Shown: positions 12,621 to 26,078, counted from the stretch's first letter. The stretch is DNA of 64,000 bases from Octopus sinensis (GCF_006345805.1 NC_043010.1:23622001-23686000); one strand, 5' to 3'. Translations and numbers: made by a program. Notes: generated from the letters alone by a model not told the origin.

Positions 12621-13619
12621 TATGGCAAATGAAAGACGGAAGATGCAATACATATATAAATATATATGTATCCTTCTCCTCTCACACACACGCACACACA
12701 TATGAGAAGAAGGGAAGATAAAGATGAAAGTGAAAAAAAGAGAGAGTAGGAAGAGTGAAAGAGAGACAGAGAGACAGAGATACAGACTGTCTGACAGAGA
12801 GGAAAGATTGAGTTTAAAAAGAGAAGGATTGATTTTGGAAAAGTAATGTCGTTATTTCGATAAAAACCCGTCTTTAGCAAAATGAGAAAGTTAAGGGTCA
12901 TAGATAGGGCAGATAACTAAAATTAAAGTTTATGTCGTTAAGAATTTCTACTTTTAAGAACGTGCATTTAAATTTCGAGAGCGTAAGGCAAATTAAGTCT
13001 ACTTTTGCCCATAAGTAATCTATTTGCGTTCAGCCTTTATCTAAATATAGAATTTAACAGCCATATTTGCAAATATTACTCCTCCTTTTCCAAACACACT
13101 CCGTTCATTCTCTCTTCTTTTATTTTCTTTCTTCTCTACTGTTCCATATGCAAATGAGCATTTATCTGATAAATTTCTTCCCTAATGTTCTTAATATTGG
13201 AGAAATAAAATAAATTTATAAACTCTGTATATATATATTCAATAGAGTGTGTATATGGTGCCTAAATACGTATGGGTGTGTTAGATTTTTGTGTGAGTAG
13301 ATGAATTTATAAAATGTGTTTTATTTAACAATAAATATATTGTATAATTCTTTTATTTGCTTCAGGTATTTGAATGCGGCCATGATGGAGCACTGCGTTG
13401 AAGTTGAGACTGAGTTGAGACTGTGTCTCAAAGTCATGGTCGTCACTACAGAGCCTACGTAGACGGAGGAATTGGGAATAGATTGGAATGTTTGGAGATG
13501 ATGTACAGGTATTTTATATTAGATGAAATGAGGTTCCATTTGAAAACCCCACTAGAATGGGAGAATGTGCTAATACATGATCTAAGTTATATGATGTATA
13601 AAAACATGAAATATACTAA

Positions 13620-13850
13620 TAAATATCTGTAAATATAAAACCATCCGAATTTCTGAGTACCTCATTTCTTCTAATATATACGGATTTTTTTCCTCTCCTT
13701 GTTTTTTTCTGTGTATCTTTCTGTCGAAGAGCGTTGGCTCGAAACGTAAAAGACATTTTCTATTCCCGAGAGCTATACTAATACATTTGTTTGTTTGTAC
13801 TCTACCTGCCTCCGTCTTTTGTTTATTTTCGTAAACTTTCCCTTTATATA
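13620..13850 (+). mobile_element. PLE terminal repeat (related degenerate copy at 16520-16660)
   Basis: Contains the HHR motif at 13716-13753 and ends in (TA). Boundaries approximate. Confidence 0.6.
13716..13753 (+). ncRNA. Minimal hammerhead motif with variant core (A6U plus extra A)
   Basis: TCTTT-CTGTCGA-A-GAGC-GTTG-GCTC-GAAAC-GTA-AAAGA; stems I and II pair perfectly. Confidence 0.6.
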
Positions 13851-13912
13851 TTGTGGTCTTGAGATTTCTACTGCTCTTCTAGCACAAACGCTTTCCTAAT
13901 AGGAAGCCTCTT

Positions 13913-13965
<53 letters not shown>

Positions 13966-14008
13966 TATATCTAGATATATATATATATATATATATACAT
14001 ATATATAT

Positions 14009-14077
<69 letters not shown>

Positions 14078-14174
14078 GGATAGGAGGTTTGGAGATGATG
14101 TACAGATATTTTATATTGGAAGAAATGAGGTTCCATTTGTTATATATATATTACTCAACATTTAGGGATAGATA

Positions 14175-14900
14175 GAAATAAACGGATTAGTACCGGTCTC
14201 AGCAAACTGATTTGGGATTTAAAAGACCACAATGAGCAATTTCATTTAGAATGGTTGATTCTCTCATTTCGATACCATATGACAAAGGCAAGAAATTCTG
14301 TCTTCTCTGGCAATTCTGAGCTATTTTTCATTATTTTTTCTAAAAATACTCTAGTAAACACAGTTATAGAGCGAGCATACAGATGTAAGCATTGGCAAAA
14401 ACATACATTAGTGCATATAAGTAGTCTCTATCATTATATATAATTTAAAACTCTAATTTCCTTTATATTTAACATTCACTATTAATATCCCTACTCTTTC
14501 TGTTAGCTACTTATGACGTTATATCATAACTTTTTTAAAACAATATTAATAGAGTTCTGTCTATCGCTATACAAATCCATCATATTTTGCTAAAATGTCT
14601 TATTGACGAGTTTCGTTTTTTTCACTTTCCTGAGGAGAAGATTGCATTGTTTATCCATTTATTCTTTGAATAGTATCAGTGGAATTTTCGAAACATGTGT
14701 CGAAAGTAAAAATATTTGATTACACCTGCGTAATACTCATTTTTTTATTCATATTATTCAAAAATTCACGTAAACACGAAGTTTCTACCTTTATAAACAA
14801 GGAGTTACAACACCTTTACTTGTGAGATTTTTGCTGCCCTGGTAACTATTTATTTATTTTTCCGTGTTAATTGTTAACATGGTAAAAATACATATTCTAT
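14175..14900 (+). mobile_element. Penelope-like element 3' end: GIY-YIG C-terminus plus 3' UTR
   Basis: STGLSKLIWDLKDHNEQFHLEWLILS/PYDKGKKFCLL/NSELFFII...RAYRCKHWQKH resembles the frameshifted PLE endonuclease tail; HHR downstream. Confidence 0.7.
14624..14707 (+). ncRNA. Type I hammerhead ribozyme, canonical core, long stem II
   Basis: ACTTTC-CTGAGGA-[GAAGATT...AATTTTC]-GAAAC-ATGT-GTC-GAAAGT; 6-bp stem I, palindromic ACATGT in stem III, GUC site. Confidence 0.8.
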
Positions 14901-14969
14901 TCATATATATATATAACAAATGGAACCTCATTCTTCCAATATAAAATACCTGTACTCATCTCCAAACCT

Positions 14970-15026
<57 letters not shown>

Positions 15027-15568
15027 AAGAGGCTTCCAAATAGGAAAGCGTTGTGCTAGAAAGAGCAGTAGGAATCTCAAGACCACAAAAAGGATAAATT
15101 CACGAAGGGAATGAAAATTAAAAACGTTTACCATCTCAACTATTTCCCAGACCGACGGTTTCTAACTATTTCCAGCAAAAAAGTATTTGCTGAAGGCCAG
15201 TTTCCTGGTAATTTATTATTAGCCTATTTTTTAAATATTGTTTGATAAATTTGTTCGAAATTTTTACCAGCATCCTCTCTGTCGCCGGGTATAATCGTGT
15301 TTGCTGGAAATAGTTTGAAACCGTCGGTCTGGGAAATAGTTTAGATGGTAAACGTTTTTAATTTTCATTCCTTTCGTGAATTTATCCTTTTTGTGGTCTT
15401 GAGATTTCTACTGCTCTTTCTAGCACAACGCTTTCCTATTTGGAAGCCTCTTATTGTAATTATATATGAATAATATATAGTCTAATGACTAATTCGTTTT
15501 TTGTGCTAGGCCACTGGTAATAATAATTTATTATTACCCTATTTATTATGTTTAAATATACATATATA

Positions 15569-15607
<39 letters not shown>

Positions 15608-15639
15608 ACACGTGGGAGAAAAGACAGGAGGATCCGTTA

Positions 15640-15790
15640 ATTATTATTTATTCAACATATAACCTCTTTGAGATTCACACACATATTGCAACGGTCCTGC
15701 AATTTTACTCTCCTCAGTTGAAAGAACCTGGAAGGTTGGGGCGTCAGCCGGATCTTTCGCGATACTCTTAAAGCCAGGAACATTTCAGTA
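15640..15790 (-). mobile_element. mariner transposase C-terminal remnant
   Basis: Minus strand KLQDRCNMCVNLKEVIC matches a degraded KLxxRWxxCVxxxGxYVE mariner end. Confidence 0.55.
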
Positions 15791-15838
15791 CCCACTCTTG
15801 TGTGTGTATGTGTGTGTGTGTGTGTCTGTCTGTGTGTA

Positions 15839-16150
15839 CAGGTTGCGGTAAATAAATTGTCTAAATTACGCAAAAAGGAAAATAACACTGGCATCTCATT
15901 TTAACAGATAAATTTACCAAAATTCCATAAAAATATATTGAAATACTAAAGTGTAAGTTTATTCAAGAACATCGCCAATGGTTTCAACCGCGACCTCCAA
16001 ACGACTTTGGAATCTCTTGCAACTCTTCTGAACATGAACAGTCTTCTTGTATAAGTTGGTGAATGCTGCCATAATCCTTGCCTTCAAATCATCTTTGATG
16101 TTACCAGGAATTTTGTTGGTCTCTCGCTCAACTGCGCCCTATACATAATA
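15839..16150 (-). mobile_element. Tc1/mariner (maT-like) transposon 3' end with TIR
   Basis: TA at 15837-15838 then CAGGTTGCGG; minus strand YYV*GAVERETNKIPGNIKDDLKARIMAAFTNL...SCKRFQSRLEVAVETIGDVLE*. Confidence 0.75.
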
Positions 16151-16197
16151 ATGAATGGGGTTTCAGGCAGGGAAGTAAGGCGATCAGATGTTAGAGG

Positions 16198-16510
16198 TGG
16201 TGTGGTCGCACAGCATAGTGGTTGGGGTGTTGCTCTCCCGACTACGAGATCGTGTGTTCGATTCCCATACCGAGCGTTGCATTATATTCTTGAACAAAGC
16301 ATTTCGTTTCACGTTGCTCTGAGATCCTTTCGTCATCTAACATGTTGCTCACGGTGCTCCTGTACATGTAATGTCGATTTGAAGGATGGAGTGAGCATGT
16401 CTTCACAAACATTTGATCACTATAAACAAACCATCTGTGTGGATATTCAGTAAATAATTATCGAACCCTCATGTCCTCTAACGTCAGAAGAGTCCATCAT
16501 CATCATCATC
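16198..16510 (+). mobile_element. tRNA-derived SINE with (CAT)n tail
   Basis: GGTGTGGTCGCACAGCATAGTGG...GTTCGATTCCC head, TTCTTGAACAAAGCATTTCGTTTCACGTTGCTC body, (CAT)n tail. Confidence 0.65.
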
Positions 16511-16716
16511 ATCATTATTATTATATATTCTGTTGAAGAACCTAGGCTCGTAACGTAAAATATTTTCTCACTTCTTGAGTGTTAAACTAATACACCTGTT
16601 TATTGTTTATATCAGTCTTCATTTTTTATTTTTCAGTAAAGTTCAACTACATATATGTGTATGTGTATATATATATATAATATATATAGTATATATATAT
16701 ATATATATATAATATG

Positions 16717-16758
<42 letters not shown>

Positions 16759-17113
16759 ATTATATATGTATATATACAGGCACACACACACACATACACA
16801 CACGTGAGAGGCTCACACACAACACTCTAGTCAATTTTCTCACAAGCCCACAATTCATTGGTGAGGACAGGGCTTTAGCACAGGGTAATTGCCGCAGAGA
16901 CCGCATGCTCCCGTCAAGCATCCTTCTCGAAACCCTCGATGGTCTTCCCTGAATAAATATAACCATATTTTCTTTTATATACTTGTATTCTACTTTTTTG
17001 GTGCGACCCCCACCTCAAAATATCCTCGTTTGGGATCTGGCTCGGATATTAAAATAGTTGAGAACTACTACTATACAGTGCAGCAGCGATTCTATCTACG
17101 TCTCTCTATTCAT

Positions 17114-17168
17114 CGGAAATCTTGAGAGACTACCATGGTATCTTAAGCACTGGAAAATTCCATACATA

Positions 17169-17223
<55 letters not shown>

Positions 17224-17266
17224 TCCAGTGCTTTAAGCTACCATGGTAGTCTTCTCACGATTTCCG
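17114..17266. repeat. ~44-bp imperfect inverted repeats flanking a (TA)n core
   Basis: 17114-17156 vs 17222-17266; each arm contains the palindrome TACCATGGTA. Confidence 0.85.
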
Positions 17267-17384
17267 TTTTACATTTTGCCGTCAGCTGTATAAGGCAATT
17301 TGACGTCTATTTCTAGTGCATAGGGATCCACCTAGTGGTTATTGCTCTTATTAATTGTAATACATACATATATACATACATACA

Positions 17385-17420
<36 letters not shown>

Positions 17421-17448
17421 TATATATACTATATATATATTATATATG

Positions 17449-17521
<73 letters not shown>

Positions 17522-18114
17522 AAGGTAATGACATAGATGTGAAACAAGGTGGGATAAAATGGTACTCGAATACCAGAGGTAGAGAATATGCTTTATTTTC
17601 ATTAAAGCTGCAAAAACATCACAAAAATATCACAAAATGCGTGTTCCCGTTTGTCGGAGAGTTTAAATTGAGACAGTTTAAATTTTTAATATAACATATA
17701 CTCTAGATTAATTTGATAGTAACTTCGAAGTTACTGGAGGTAGCTGTTTGTTTTACGCAAGGGTTTACCTATTAAAACAGACAACATCAAATTCTACATG
17801 TGTTGTACAAGCTGTAATAAAGAACAGCCGCATCGTTTTCCAACTGAATAACTTGTAACTATATACACCTGCAAAAATGCGGTTTGCACCATTAGAGTTG
17901 AACATAAGATAAAAAACAACACGTGCTCGAAACACTGGATGATTTATTCCCCGATATACGATGTCAGCAGCAGATCGGATTGTCATGGCTAGAATATATT
18001 TCATCACAGACAGATCTGCTGGATCAGAACAGAGCTAGGGTTAAGGTACAATCTCTTGGACAACATCGTCTCAGATAGTTACGAGAAACGCACACACTGT
18101 TATATATATAGTAA

Positions 18115-18173
<59 letters not shown>

Positions 18174-18333
18174 TATAGATAGATAGACAGAGAGATAGAT
18201 ACATAGATATGTATTATCTATGCATATATATATATAGATGTGTGTATATATGTATATATACATACACATATACGTATTTTTAAATACTCATATACAAAGT
18301 TTACACATCCATGCGCGCACACGCAAGTATATG

Positions 18334-18364
<31 letters not shown>

Positions 18365-18685
18365 ATTATATTTAAACACGCACATACATTCGCAAAAGAA
18401 GAAAAGAAGGCAACCATCGTCCAATTGAAAATATAATTTTGAACATCTCTTTGTTATGTGAATTCCCATTAATATTCAATTTAAACTTCAGCAAAATGTA
18501 AATTTTTAGAAGGAAAAAATGGTTGAAATATTTAAATATAGAGATTCGTTCTGTAATAAAACGTTTGCATCAACAATTGAATAAATTTATCTGTGGATCT
18601 ATAAATGGTTCTGTGTGTAGCTCGCTCACTCCATAACTCCTCTGTCTCTCTGTCTCTCTCTCTCTGTCTCTCTCTCTCTCTCTCG

Positions 18686-18731
<46 letters not shown>

Positions 18732-18967
18732 TTTATGTTTAAGTACATATAAAGACAAACAAAATGTAACTAAAGTAGCACTGACTACATTAAACTTGTT
18801 GTATTGTATTTATTTTAACACAATGAATACTTGACTAACTGTAACTTCGAAATTTTGCCCGTCATCATCGTCTTGGGATAGTAAATGGCATAACTAATTC
18901 TTTACTTGTAACTTGCATATACATACATTCTACGTCCATTCATACACACACATATATTTTACATACA

Positions 18968-19137
18968 GGCGTAGGAGTGGCTATGTGGTAAGTAGCTTGC
19001 TTACGAACAACATGGTTCCGAGTTCAGTCCCACTGCGTGGCACCTTGGGCAAGTGTCTTCTACTATAGCCTCGGGCCGACCAAATCCTTGTGAGTGAATT
19101 TGGTAGACGGAAACTGAAAGAAGCCCGTCGTATGTTG

Positions 19138-19205
<68 letters not shown>

Positions 19206-19394
19206 TGTGTATGTGTGTGTGTGTGTGTGTATATTTGTGTGTCTGTGTTTGTCCCTCCCCCTAACATAGTTTGACAACCAATGCTGGTGTATTTATGTCC
19301 CCGTAAGTTAGCGGTTCGACACAAGAGACCGATAGAATAAGTACTAGGCTTACAAAGAATAAGTCCTGGGGTCGATTTGATCGACTAAAGGTGC
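18968..19394 (+). mobile_element. SINE (family of 12133), 3' truncated by a PLE fragment
   Basis: High similarity to 12133-12557; breaks at CTAAAGGTGC directly into PLE RT sequence. Confidence 0.85.
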
Positions 19395-20325
19395 TTTTTG
19401 CTAGATTGAAGGGGATATTCATCCTGGTGTGTCTGGGGTGGCATGAATTGAATGGAAGATATTGCTTAGAGTCTGTAGGCTTATAGTATATGTCTGTTTC
19501 TATTATATTATTAGCTTTCTTAATGAGGATATCGAGGAAGGGGAGTTGTTGCTGGCTATATTCCATCGTGAATTGGATGTTTACGTCCAGTCCGTTTTAA
19601 AATTTCCTGGAATTCTATGAGTTTTTCTATATTTTTATGCCAAAGAATGAAACAGTCATCTAGATATCTCTTCCAGTTGTTTTCTATGTAGATGGAGAAA
19701 GGGCTGCCATATCTTTCTAGAACCTTACGATACAGACTGATCTCTAGGTATCCTATGACTAGGTTGGCAAGGAGGGGGCCATTCGTGTACCCATCGCAGT
19801 CCCCGATTTTGTCGGTAGAAGTTGTCATTGAAGGCGAAGTTATTTTCCAGGATGAATTTAACCCCTTCTATCACAAATTCTTTTTTGATGCGGTGTGGTA
19901 GTTCGTTGGCGTGATTCTCTAGCCAGAATTGGATTGCCTCTAGTCCTAGGTTGTGGGGGATATTGGAGTAGTAGAGGTTGACTACATCGAAGGATACCAG
20001 TATGGTGTTTTTGTTTATAGTATTCGGTAGGTGATTGAGCATCTAAGTCGTCCCTTATATAGCTTTTGACATGTTTGAGGAGTGGTTTAACAGGGTGTTT
20101 AAAAAGTTACTGAGGCGGTGGGGTTCGCATGCGGGACCTGCTATTAGGGTCTCAATTTGAGGTCTTAGGATTAGGGACTTTAATTATTTTGTCTGTAGCT
20201 ATCTTGCATGCTTTGCTTATTTTTTCACTTTTGTGGATCTAGTTATACCGTAGAATTGGCTAGTTTTACTTGTGAAATTGGTCATATAATCATATTCTTT
20301 GTCGGTGAGCCCTGCTTTGTATGGG
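19394..20325 (-). mobile_element. Penelope-like reverse transcriptase fragment, frameshifted
   Basis: VSFDVVNLY.SNIPH...FYRQNRG.AMG...LANLVIGYLE...WKRYLDDCFILW...LPFLDILI...IYYKPTDSKQYLPFNSCHPRH (ORFs 19725-20042, 19556-19828, 19261-19566). Confidence 0.9.
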
Positions 20326-20327
20326 TT

Positions 20328-20359
<32 letters not shown>

Positions 20360-20364
<5 letters not shown>

Positions 20365-20945
20365 GATAAAACTCAGAGCGAGTTATAAACAGTAGCGGTA
20401 ACACATCGTGACGGGTATTTGCCATTTGAATATGGCTAACCCCTAAGGGTGGATGCTACTGTAGTTTGTAGCCCCAGGAAGATACCTCCTCCAGCTGGCT
20501 ATAGATACACTATCTGTACCCTATCAGTATTTGTGAAGGGAAGTGATCCTTCCCGTCTTCAACTTATGATACACAAATGGCAAATATGCGCCACGATGTG
20601 TTACCGCTACTGTTTATAACTCGCTCTGAGATTTATCATTGTTTGATTTCACTTTTTCAATATCAGTGTCAATCGACACTGGAAAAAGTATATGTATTTG
20701 TGAGGGAAACTGAATTCTCGTCGACAACTATGATTGTCACACGCTGATGATAGGTAAACACCTTGAAACTCGAGTCCGTGTGTATCATAAGTTTAAGACG
20801 GGAAGAATCACTTCCCTTCACAAATACTGATAGGGCACAGATAGTGTGTGTATAGCCAGCTGGAGGAGGTATCTTCCTGGGGCTACAAACTACAGTAGCA
20901 TCCACCCTTAGGGGTTAGCCATATTCAAATGGCAACTATGCGTCA
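20360..20945. mobile_element. PLE terminal repeats in inverted arrangement (family also at 56440-56700)
   Basis: 20362-20416 inverted vs 20588-20640; 20420-20570 inverted vs 20780-20940; contains an HHR; flanked by (TA)n. Confidence 0.8.
20738..20782 (+). ncRNA. Minimal type I hammerhead ribozyme
   Basis: CACACG-CTGATGA-TAGGT-AAAC-ACCTT-GAAAC-TCGA-GTC-CGTGTG; palindromic ACTCGAGT; U.U at the base of stem II. Confidence 0.8.
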
Positions 20946-20946
20946 C

Positions 20947-20992
<46 letters not shown>

Positions 20993-20994
20993 TG

Positions 20995-21032
<38 letters not shown>

Positions 21033-21069
21033 TATGATAAATATATATATATATATATATAAATATATA

Positions 21070-21138
21070 TCCATCTATCTATCTATCTATCTGTGTATCT
21101 ATCCACCTATCTATCTACCTACCTACCTACCTACCTAC

Positions 21139-21233
<95 letters not shown>

Positions 21234-21329
21234 CCTACCTACATACCTACCTACCTACCTATCTATCTATCCATCTATTTATCTATCTATCTCTCGATCT
21301 CTCGATCAATCTATCCGTATATCTATCTC

Positions 21330-21391
<62 letters not shown>
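21070..21391. repeat. (TATC)n / (TACC)n microsatellite
   Basis: Directly visible; further (TATC)n tracts at 22708-22962 and 25999-26240. Confidence 0.95.
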
Positions 21392-21392
<1 letters not shown>

Positions 21393-22707
21393 GATGATGC
21401 ACAGACACGCCCTGAGACTGCGACATCTCAGGCTCTTCGTAGACGACGGTGAACAGGTGTGGTCGTTATTTGTGAGGCACGCTTTCCCGCAGCTCGTCTC
21501 CATGACCGAACTGCAATCGTGGATCAAAAAGAGGCCTAGGAAGGGCGAATGGCACTGCGAGTGTCGCGTTGCTCTCAAGCAACTCTGCCGTCCTGGGTCA
21601 ACCTTGAGTGACTCCATCACAACCAAAGCATTCTATAGGGGATTAGTGGAGTGAGGTACGACGACGAGCTCGGGGCGAACCTGGACGTCGACGAGGAATA
21701 CCTGACCCACCTGTTCGGGACTACTTTCGGGCCAGGGCCCATGGACAACTTCCAGAGATCCCTGGCCTGGCAGTGCTACCGAGAAGCGCTACCCGTTCGG
21801 GATAAGCTCTACAGACATGGCTCGAGAAACACGGAGCCGACCTGCCTGAGATGCGGTCAGAGCGACGAAACCGTTCTGCACGCACTCGTGCAGTGTCCAA
21901 CAATTTCCGACCTGTGGGCTTATGTCGAACAACTGCTGTCACGTGTGGGACGAGTCGGTTTATCAGCTGAGTCTATCGTCAATATTGTCACGCCCCCTTC
22001 CTTCAAACGGGAAGGAAGTGCTATTTTCATCATCCTTGTGGCTATGGCGAAAGAATGAATCTGGTGGACGCGTCTGAAAGGATTGGAGACAAACACTTTC
22101 CTCTCTGGTCAATCTCTCATCAACTTCTTCAAGTACCACTTGAAAAGGAAAGTGGGAGTAGAGAGGCAAGTTTTGTCTAGCGAATTTTTAAAAAAGATGG
22201 GTGAATGTAGCAAGTATGGCACGTATGAATGACGAAGCCACCTTGAGCATAATCGTATGAACCCAGAAATTGAAAACAGAGGGTTACCCACTTGCAAACA
22301 AATGTGGTAACATATAACAATATTGACCATGATTACCGTGGTCTTTTTCGTAGGCTTTTCTTCCCACGGATAAACCTTACTTGCTTTCCCCTTTACACCA
22401 TACATCATGACACTGTGATACACGATCGCTATTGATCGTTTTCTTTTCCTCTTCCCCTTTTTTTCCTCTTTTTTCTTCTTTTTGATTTTTGTTTTCCTTT
22501 GTTCCTTTTCCATTTTTCTTTTTTTCTTTTCCTTTTTTTTTGTTCTTTTTTCCCTTTTACAATCCCTTTTGATCGAAAACCTACGCCACCCTTTTTTTGA
22601 TTCTTTTTTTTTTGCTTTTTGTTGTTTTTTTTTCATCCCCCAAAAGAAAAGCTCTACCTTGTAACTTGTCCCATCTGTGTGCAGCCCTGTGTGCCAATAA
22701 AGAACTT
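21392..22707 (+). mobile_element. Tx1/L1-clade LINE, 5'-truncated copy 1
   Basis: ORF2 C-terminus with zinc knuckle CLRCGQSDETVLHALVQC; pyrimidine-rich 3' UTR; AATAAA at 22696; near-identical to 24663-25998 but with its own lesions. Confidence 0.9.
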
Positions 22708-22730
22708 GCTATCTTCTATCTATCTATCTA

Positions 22731-22782
<52 letters not shown>

Positions 22783-22814
22783 ATATATATAGATATATAT
22801 ATAAATATATATCC

Positions 22815-22849
<35 letters not shown>

Positions 22850-22894
22850 CGTGTATCTATCCATCTATCTATCTATCCATCCATCCATCTCTCC

Positions 22895-22962
<68 letters not shown>

Positions 22963-22963
<1 letters not shown>

Positions 22964-25900
22964 AGCAGAAGCGATTAGGTACAGCAAAGCACTAGCCATA
23001 GATAGAAATAGAGTTGAGGGTGAGCTAGTTAAGAAGCTAGAAGAGGCAATTAGAAGCGGCATCGCATCCGACGTTTTGGCGGCGAGGTTGGCCCTCGACC
23101 AACACTTCAACGCCAAACACGAAGGATGTGCTGTCAGAGCTAGGATGCGTGCTCTAAGGAACGAAGGTGTTGGAGCCGCGAGAGAGGCCCGGGTGGCAGA
23201 GGCGCAACAGGGCAACAAAGCCACCATTCGGTCCCTGGTAGATGAACAGGGGCGCGAATTGCTCGAGCCAAGTAAAATGTGTGAGGCCTTTCAGCAGCAT
23301 TTTGCCCGACTGTTCGGGACGAGTGGAGGGCAAGAACGTAGGGTGGACTTCAGTGCCTACCTACATAGCCTACCACGACTCTCGACAAGAAGGGCAGGGT
23401 GCTGCGAAGGTGCCATCACGGCGGCGGAAGTGCAGGAAGCGATGGCAGAATGCTCGAGGGACAAATCACCGGGTTTGGATGGTCTACCCTACGAGCTTTA
23501 CAATTGTATGCCAGACTTGTTTGAAGATCTCTTGGCGGCGGTGTACTGCAACTGGCAGCAAAGCGGGAGCATTCCTGGTTTTGTGAGTCGAGGAGCCGTA
23601 ACACTGCTGAAGAAAGATCTAAACAAGGGAAATGTAATAGATAACTTTAGGCCCATCACTCTGCTTAATGCAGACTTGAAAATTTTGGCCAAGGTGCTAG
23701 CCAAGAGGTTGGCGCTTGTCATCGAGAAACTGGTCGACAGGGCGCAAACATGCGCCGTGCCGGGCCGGACCATCCATGACAACCTCCACCTGATGCGCTA
23801 CATCATAGACAGGGTAGTTAACGAACCTGGCATGGGTGGGGCGCTGTTCAATTTGGATCAATCGAAAGCTTTCGATAGGGTAGACCATCGATACTTGGAG
23901 GCGGTCCTCAGAGCGGCAGGCTTCGGTCCCGTCTTCCGCGGCTGGATAGCCGCTTTGTACAGAGGCATCCGTTCGGTAATTCGCGTGAATGGACATCTAT
24001 CGAGACCCTTCGACATCGCACGTTCGGTCCGTCAGGGATGCCCCCTCTCCTCGCTTCTATACGTATTGACTCTCGAGCCATTATTGCGGAGCTGGCAACT
24101 TTGAGGGGCATCCCGCGAGAACTGGGATGCGGGACGAGCGTGTCTGCATACGCGGACGACGTCACCGTCATAGTGTCTAGCCACGAGCACATCGAGCAGG
24201 TCGGCGAGACACTGAAAAACTACGAAGCGGTGACAGGAGCGAAAATCAACTGGGAAAAGTCATGTGGCTTGCGACTAGGCACCTGGAGAAGCAAGCCCAT
24301 GCCGTCTACCAGCGCCTCCGTCGTGGGACGCTGGACCGACGGCCCGGTTGAGTTGCTCGGGGTCTGGTTTGGTCCGGACCTCCAAATGGAGAAGAACTGG
24401 AACGAGATAACGAGTAGGGTGGTCACTCTCGCCCGGCAATGGGCCGAGAGGAAACTGTCCCTAAAAGGTCGGGCGGAGGTGGCGAACACGTACATCGCGT
24501 CCGTCATCTACTACCGCCTGACCGTCGTACCTTGTCCCGACCCTACCATCACCAAACTACAACGCATTCTCTTTCGCTTCTTGTGGAAAGAATGCGTCCT
24601 GATGGTCAGGCGATCCATTTGCTGTCAACACCCGTTAAAAGGAGGGCTGGGCATGCCGTGGTTGATGATGCGCAGACACGCGCTGAGACTGCGACATATC
24701 TGGCTCTATGTAGACGACGGTGAACAGGTGTAGTCGCCGTTTGTGAGGCACGCTTTCCCGCAGCTCGTCTCCATGACCGAACTGCAGTCGTGGATCAAAA
24801 AGAGGCCGAGGAAGGGCGATTGGCACCGCGAGTGTCGCGTTGCTCTCAAGCAACTCTGCCGTCCCGGGTCGACCTTGAGTGACTTCAACACAACCAAAGC
24901 ATTCTATAGGGGATTAGTGGAGGGGAGGTACGACGACGAGCTCGGGGCGAACCTGGACATCAACGAAGAGTACCTGACCCCCCTGTTCAGGACGACTTTC
25001 GGGCCAGGGCCCATGGACAACTTCCAGAGATCCCTGGCCTGGCAGTGCTACCGAGAAGCGCTACCCGTTCGGGATAAGCTCTACAGACATGGCTCGAGAA
25101 ACACGGGGCCGACCTGCCTGAGATGCGGTCAGAGCGACGAAACCGTTCTGCACGCACTCGTGCAGTGTCCAACAATTTCCGACCTGTGGGCTTATGTCGA
25201 ACAACTGCTGTCACGTGTGGGACGAGTCGGTTTATCAGCTGAGTCTATCGTCAATATTGTCACGCCTCCTTCCTTCAAACGGGAAGGAAGTGCTATTTTC
25301 ATCATCCTTGTGGCTATGGCGAAAGAATGTATCTGGTGGACGCGTCTGAAAGGATTGGAGACAAACACTTTCCTCTCTGGTCAATCTCTCATCAACTTCT
25401 TCAAGTACCACTTGAAAAGGAAAGTGGGAGTAGAGAGGCAAGTTTTGTCTAGCGAATGTTTTAAAAAAAGATGGGTGAATGTAGCAAGTATGGCACGTAT
25501 GAATGACGAAGCCACCTTGAGCATAATCGTATGAACCCAGAAATTGAAAACAGAGGGTTACCCACTTGCAAACAAATGTGGTAACATATAACAATATTGA
25601 CCAAGGTTACCGTGGTCTTTTTCGTAGGCTTTTCTTCCCACGGATAAACCTTACTTGCTTTCCCCTTTACACCATACATCATGACACTGTGATACACGAT
25701 CCCTATTGATCGTTCTTTTTTTTCCTCTTCCCCTTTTTTCCCCTTTTTTCTTCTTTTTTCATTTCTCTTTCCCTTTGTTCCTTTTCCTTTTCTTTTTTTT
25801 TCTTTTTTTTCTTTTTATTTTATTCAATTTTTTTTTGTTTTTGTTCTTTTCTTCCCTTTTACTATCCCTCTTGATCGAAAACCTACGCCACCCCCTTTTT

Positions 25901-25996
25901 TTCTTTTGTTTTTTGTTCTCTTCATCCCCCAAAAGAAAAGCTCTACCTTGTAACTTGTCCCATCTGTGTGCAGCCCTGTGTGGCCAATAAAGAAAC

Positions 25997-25998
<2 letters not shown>
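22963..25998 (+). mobile_element. Tx1/L1-clade LINE, 5'-truncated copy 2 (RT and zinc knuckle; one frameshift, one stop)
   Basis: KSPGLDGLP, NFRPITLLNADLKILAK, LDQSKAFDRVDH, SVRQGCPLS, AYADDVT, CLRCGQSDETVLH; frameshift near 24095, TAG at 24731. Confidence 0.92.

Positions 25999-26078
<80 letters not shown>

Larger units (their letters stand above)
13851..15458. repeat. Nest of inverted repeats around a PLE fragment
   Basis: 13851-14145 inverted vs 14911-15088; 15021-15179 inverted vs 15300-15458 (~159-bp arms, ~120-bp spacer); a further partial copy at 13480-13550. Confidence 0.85.
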
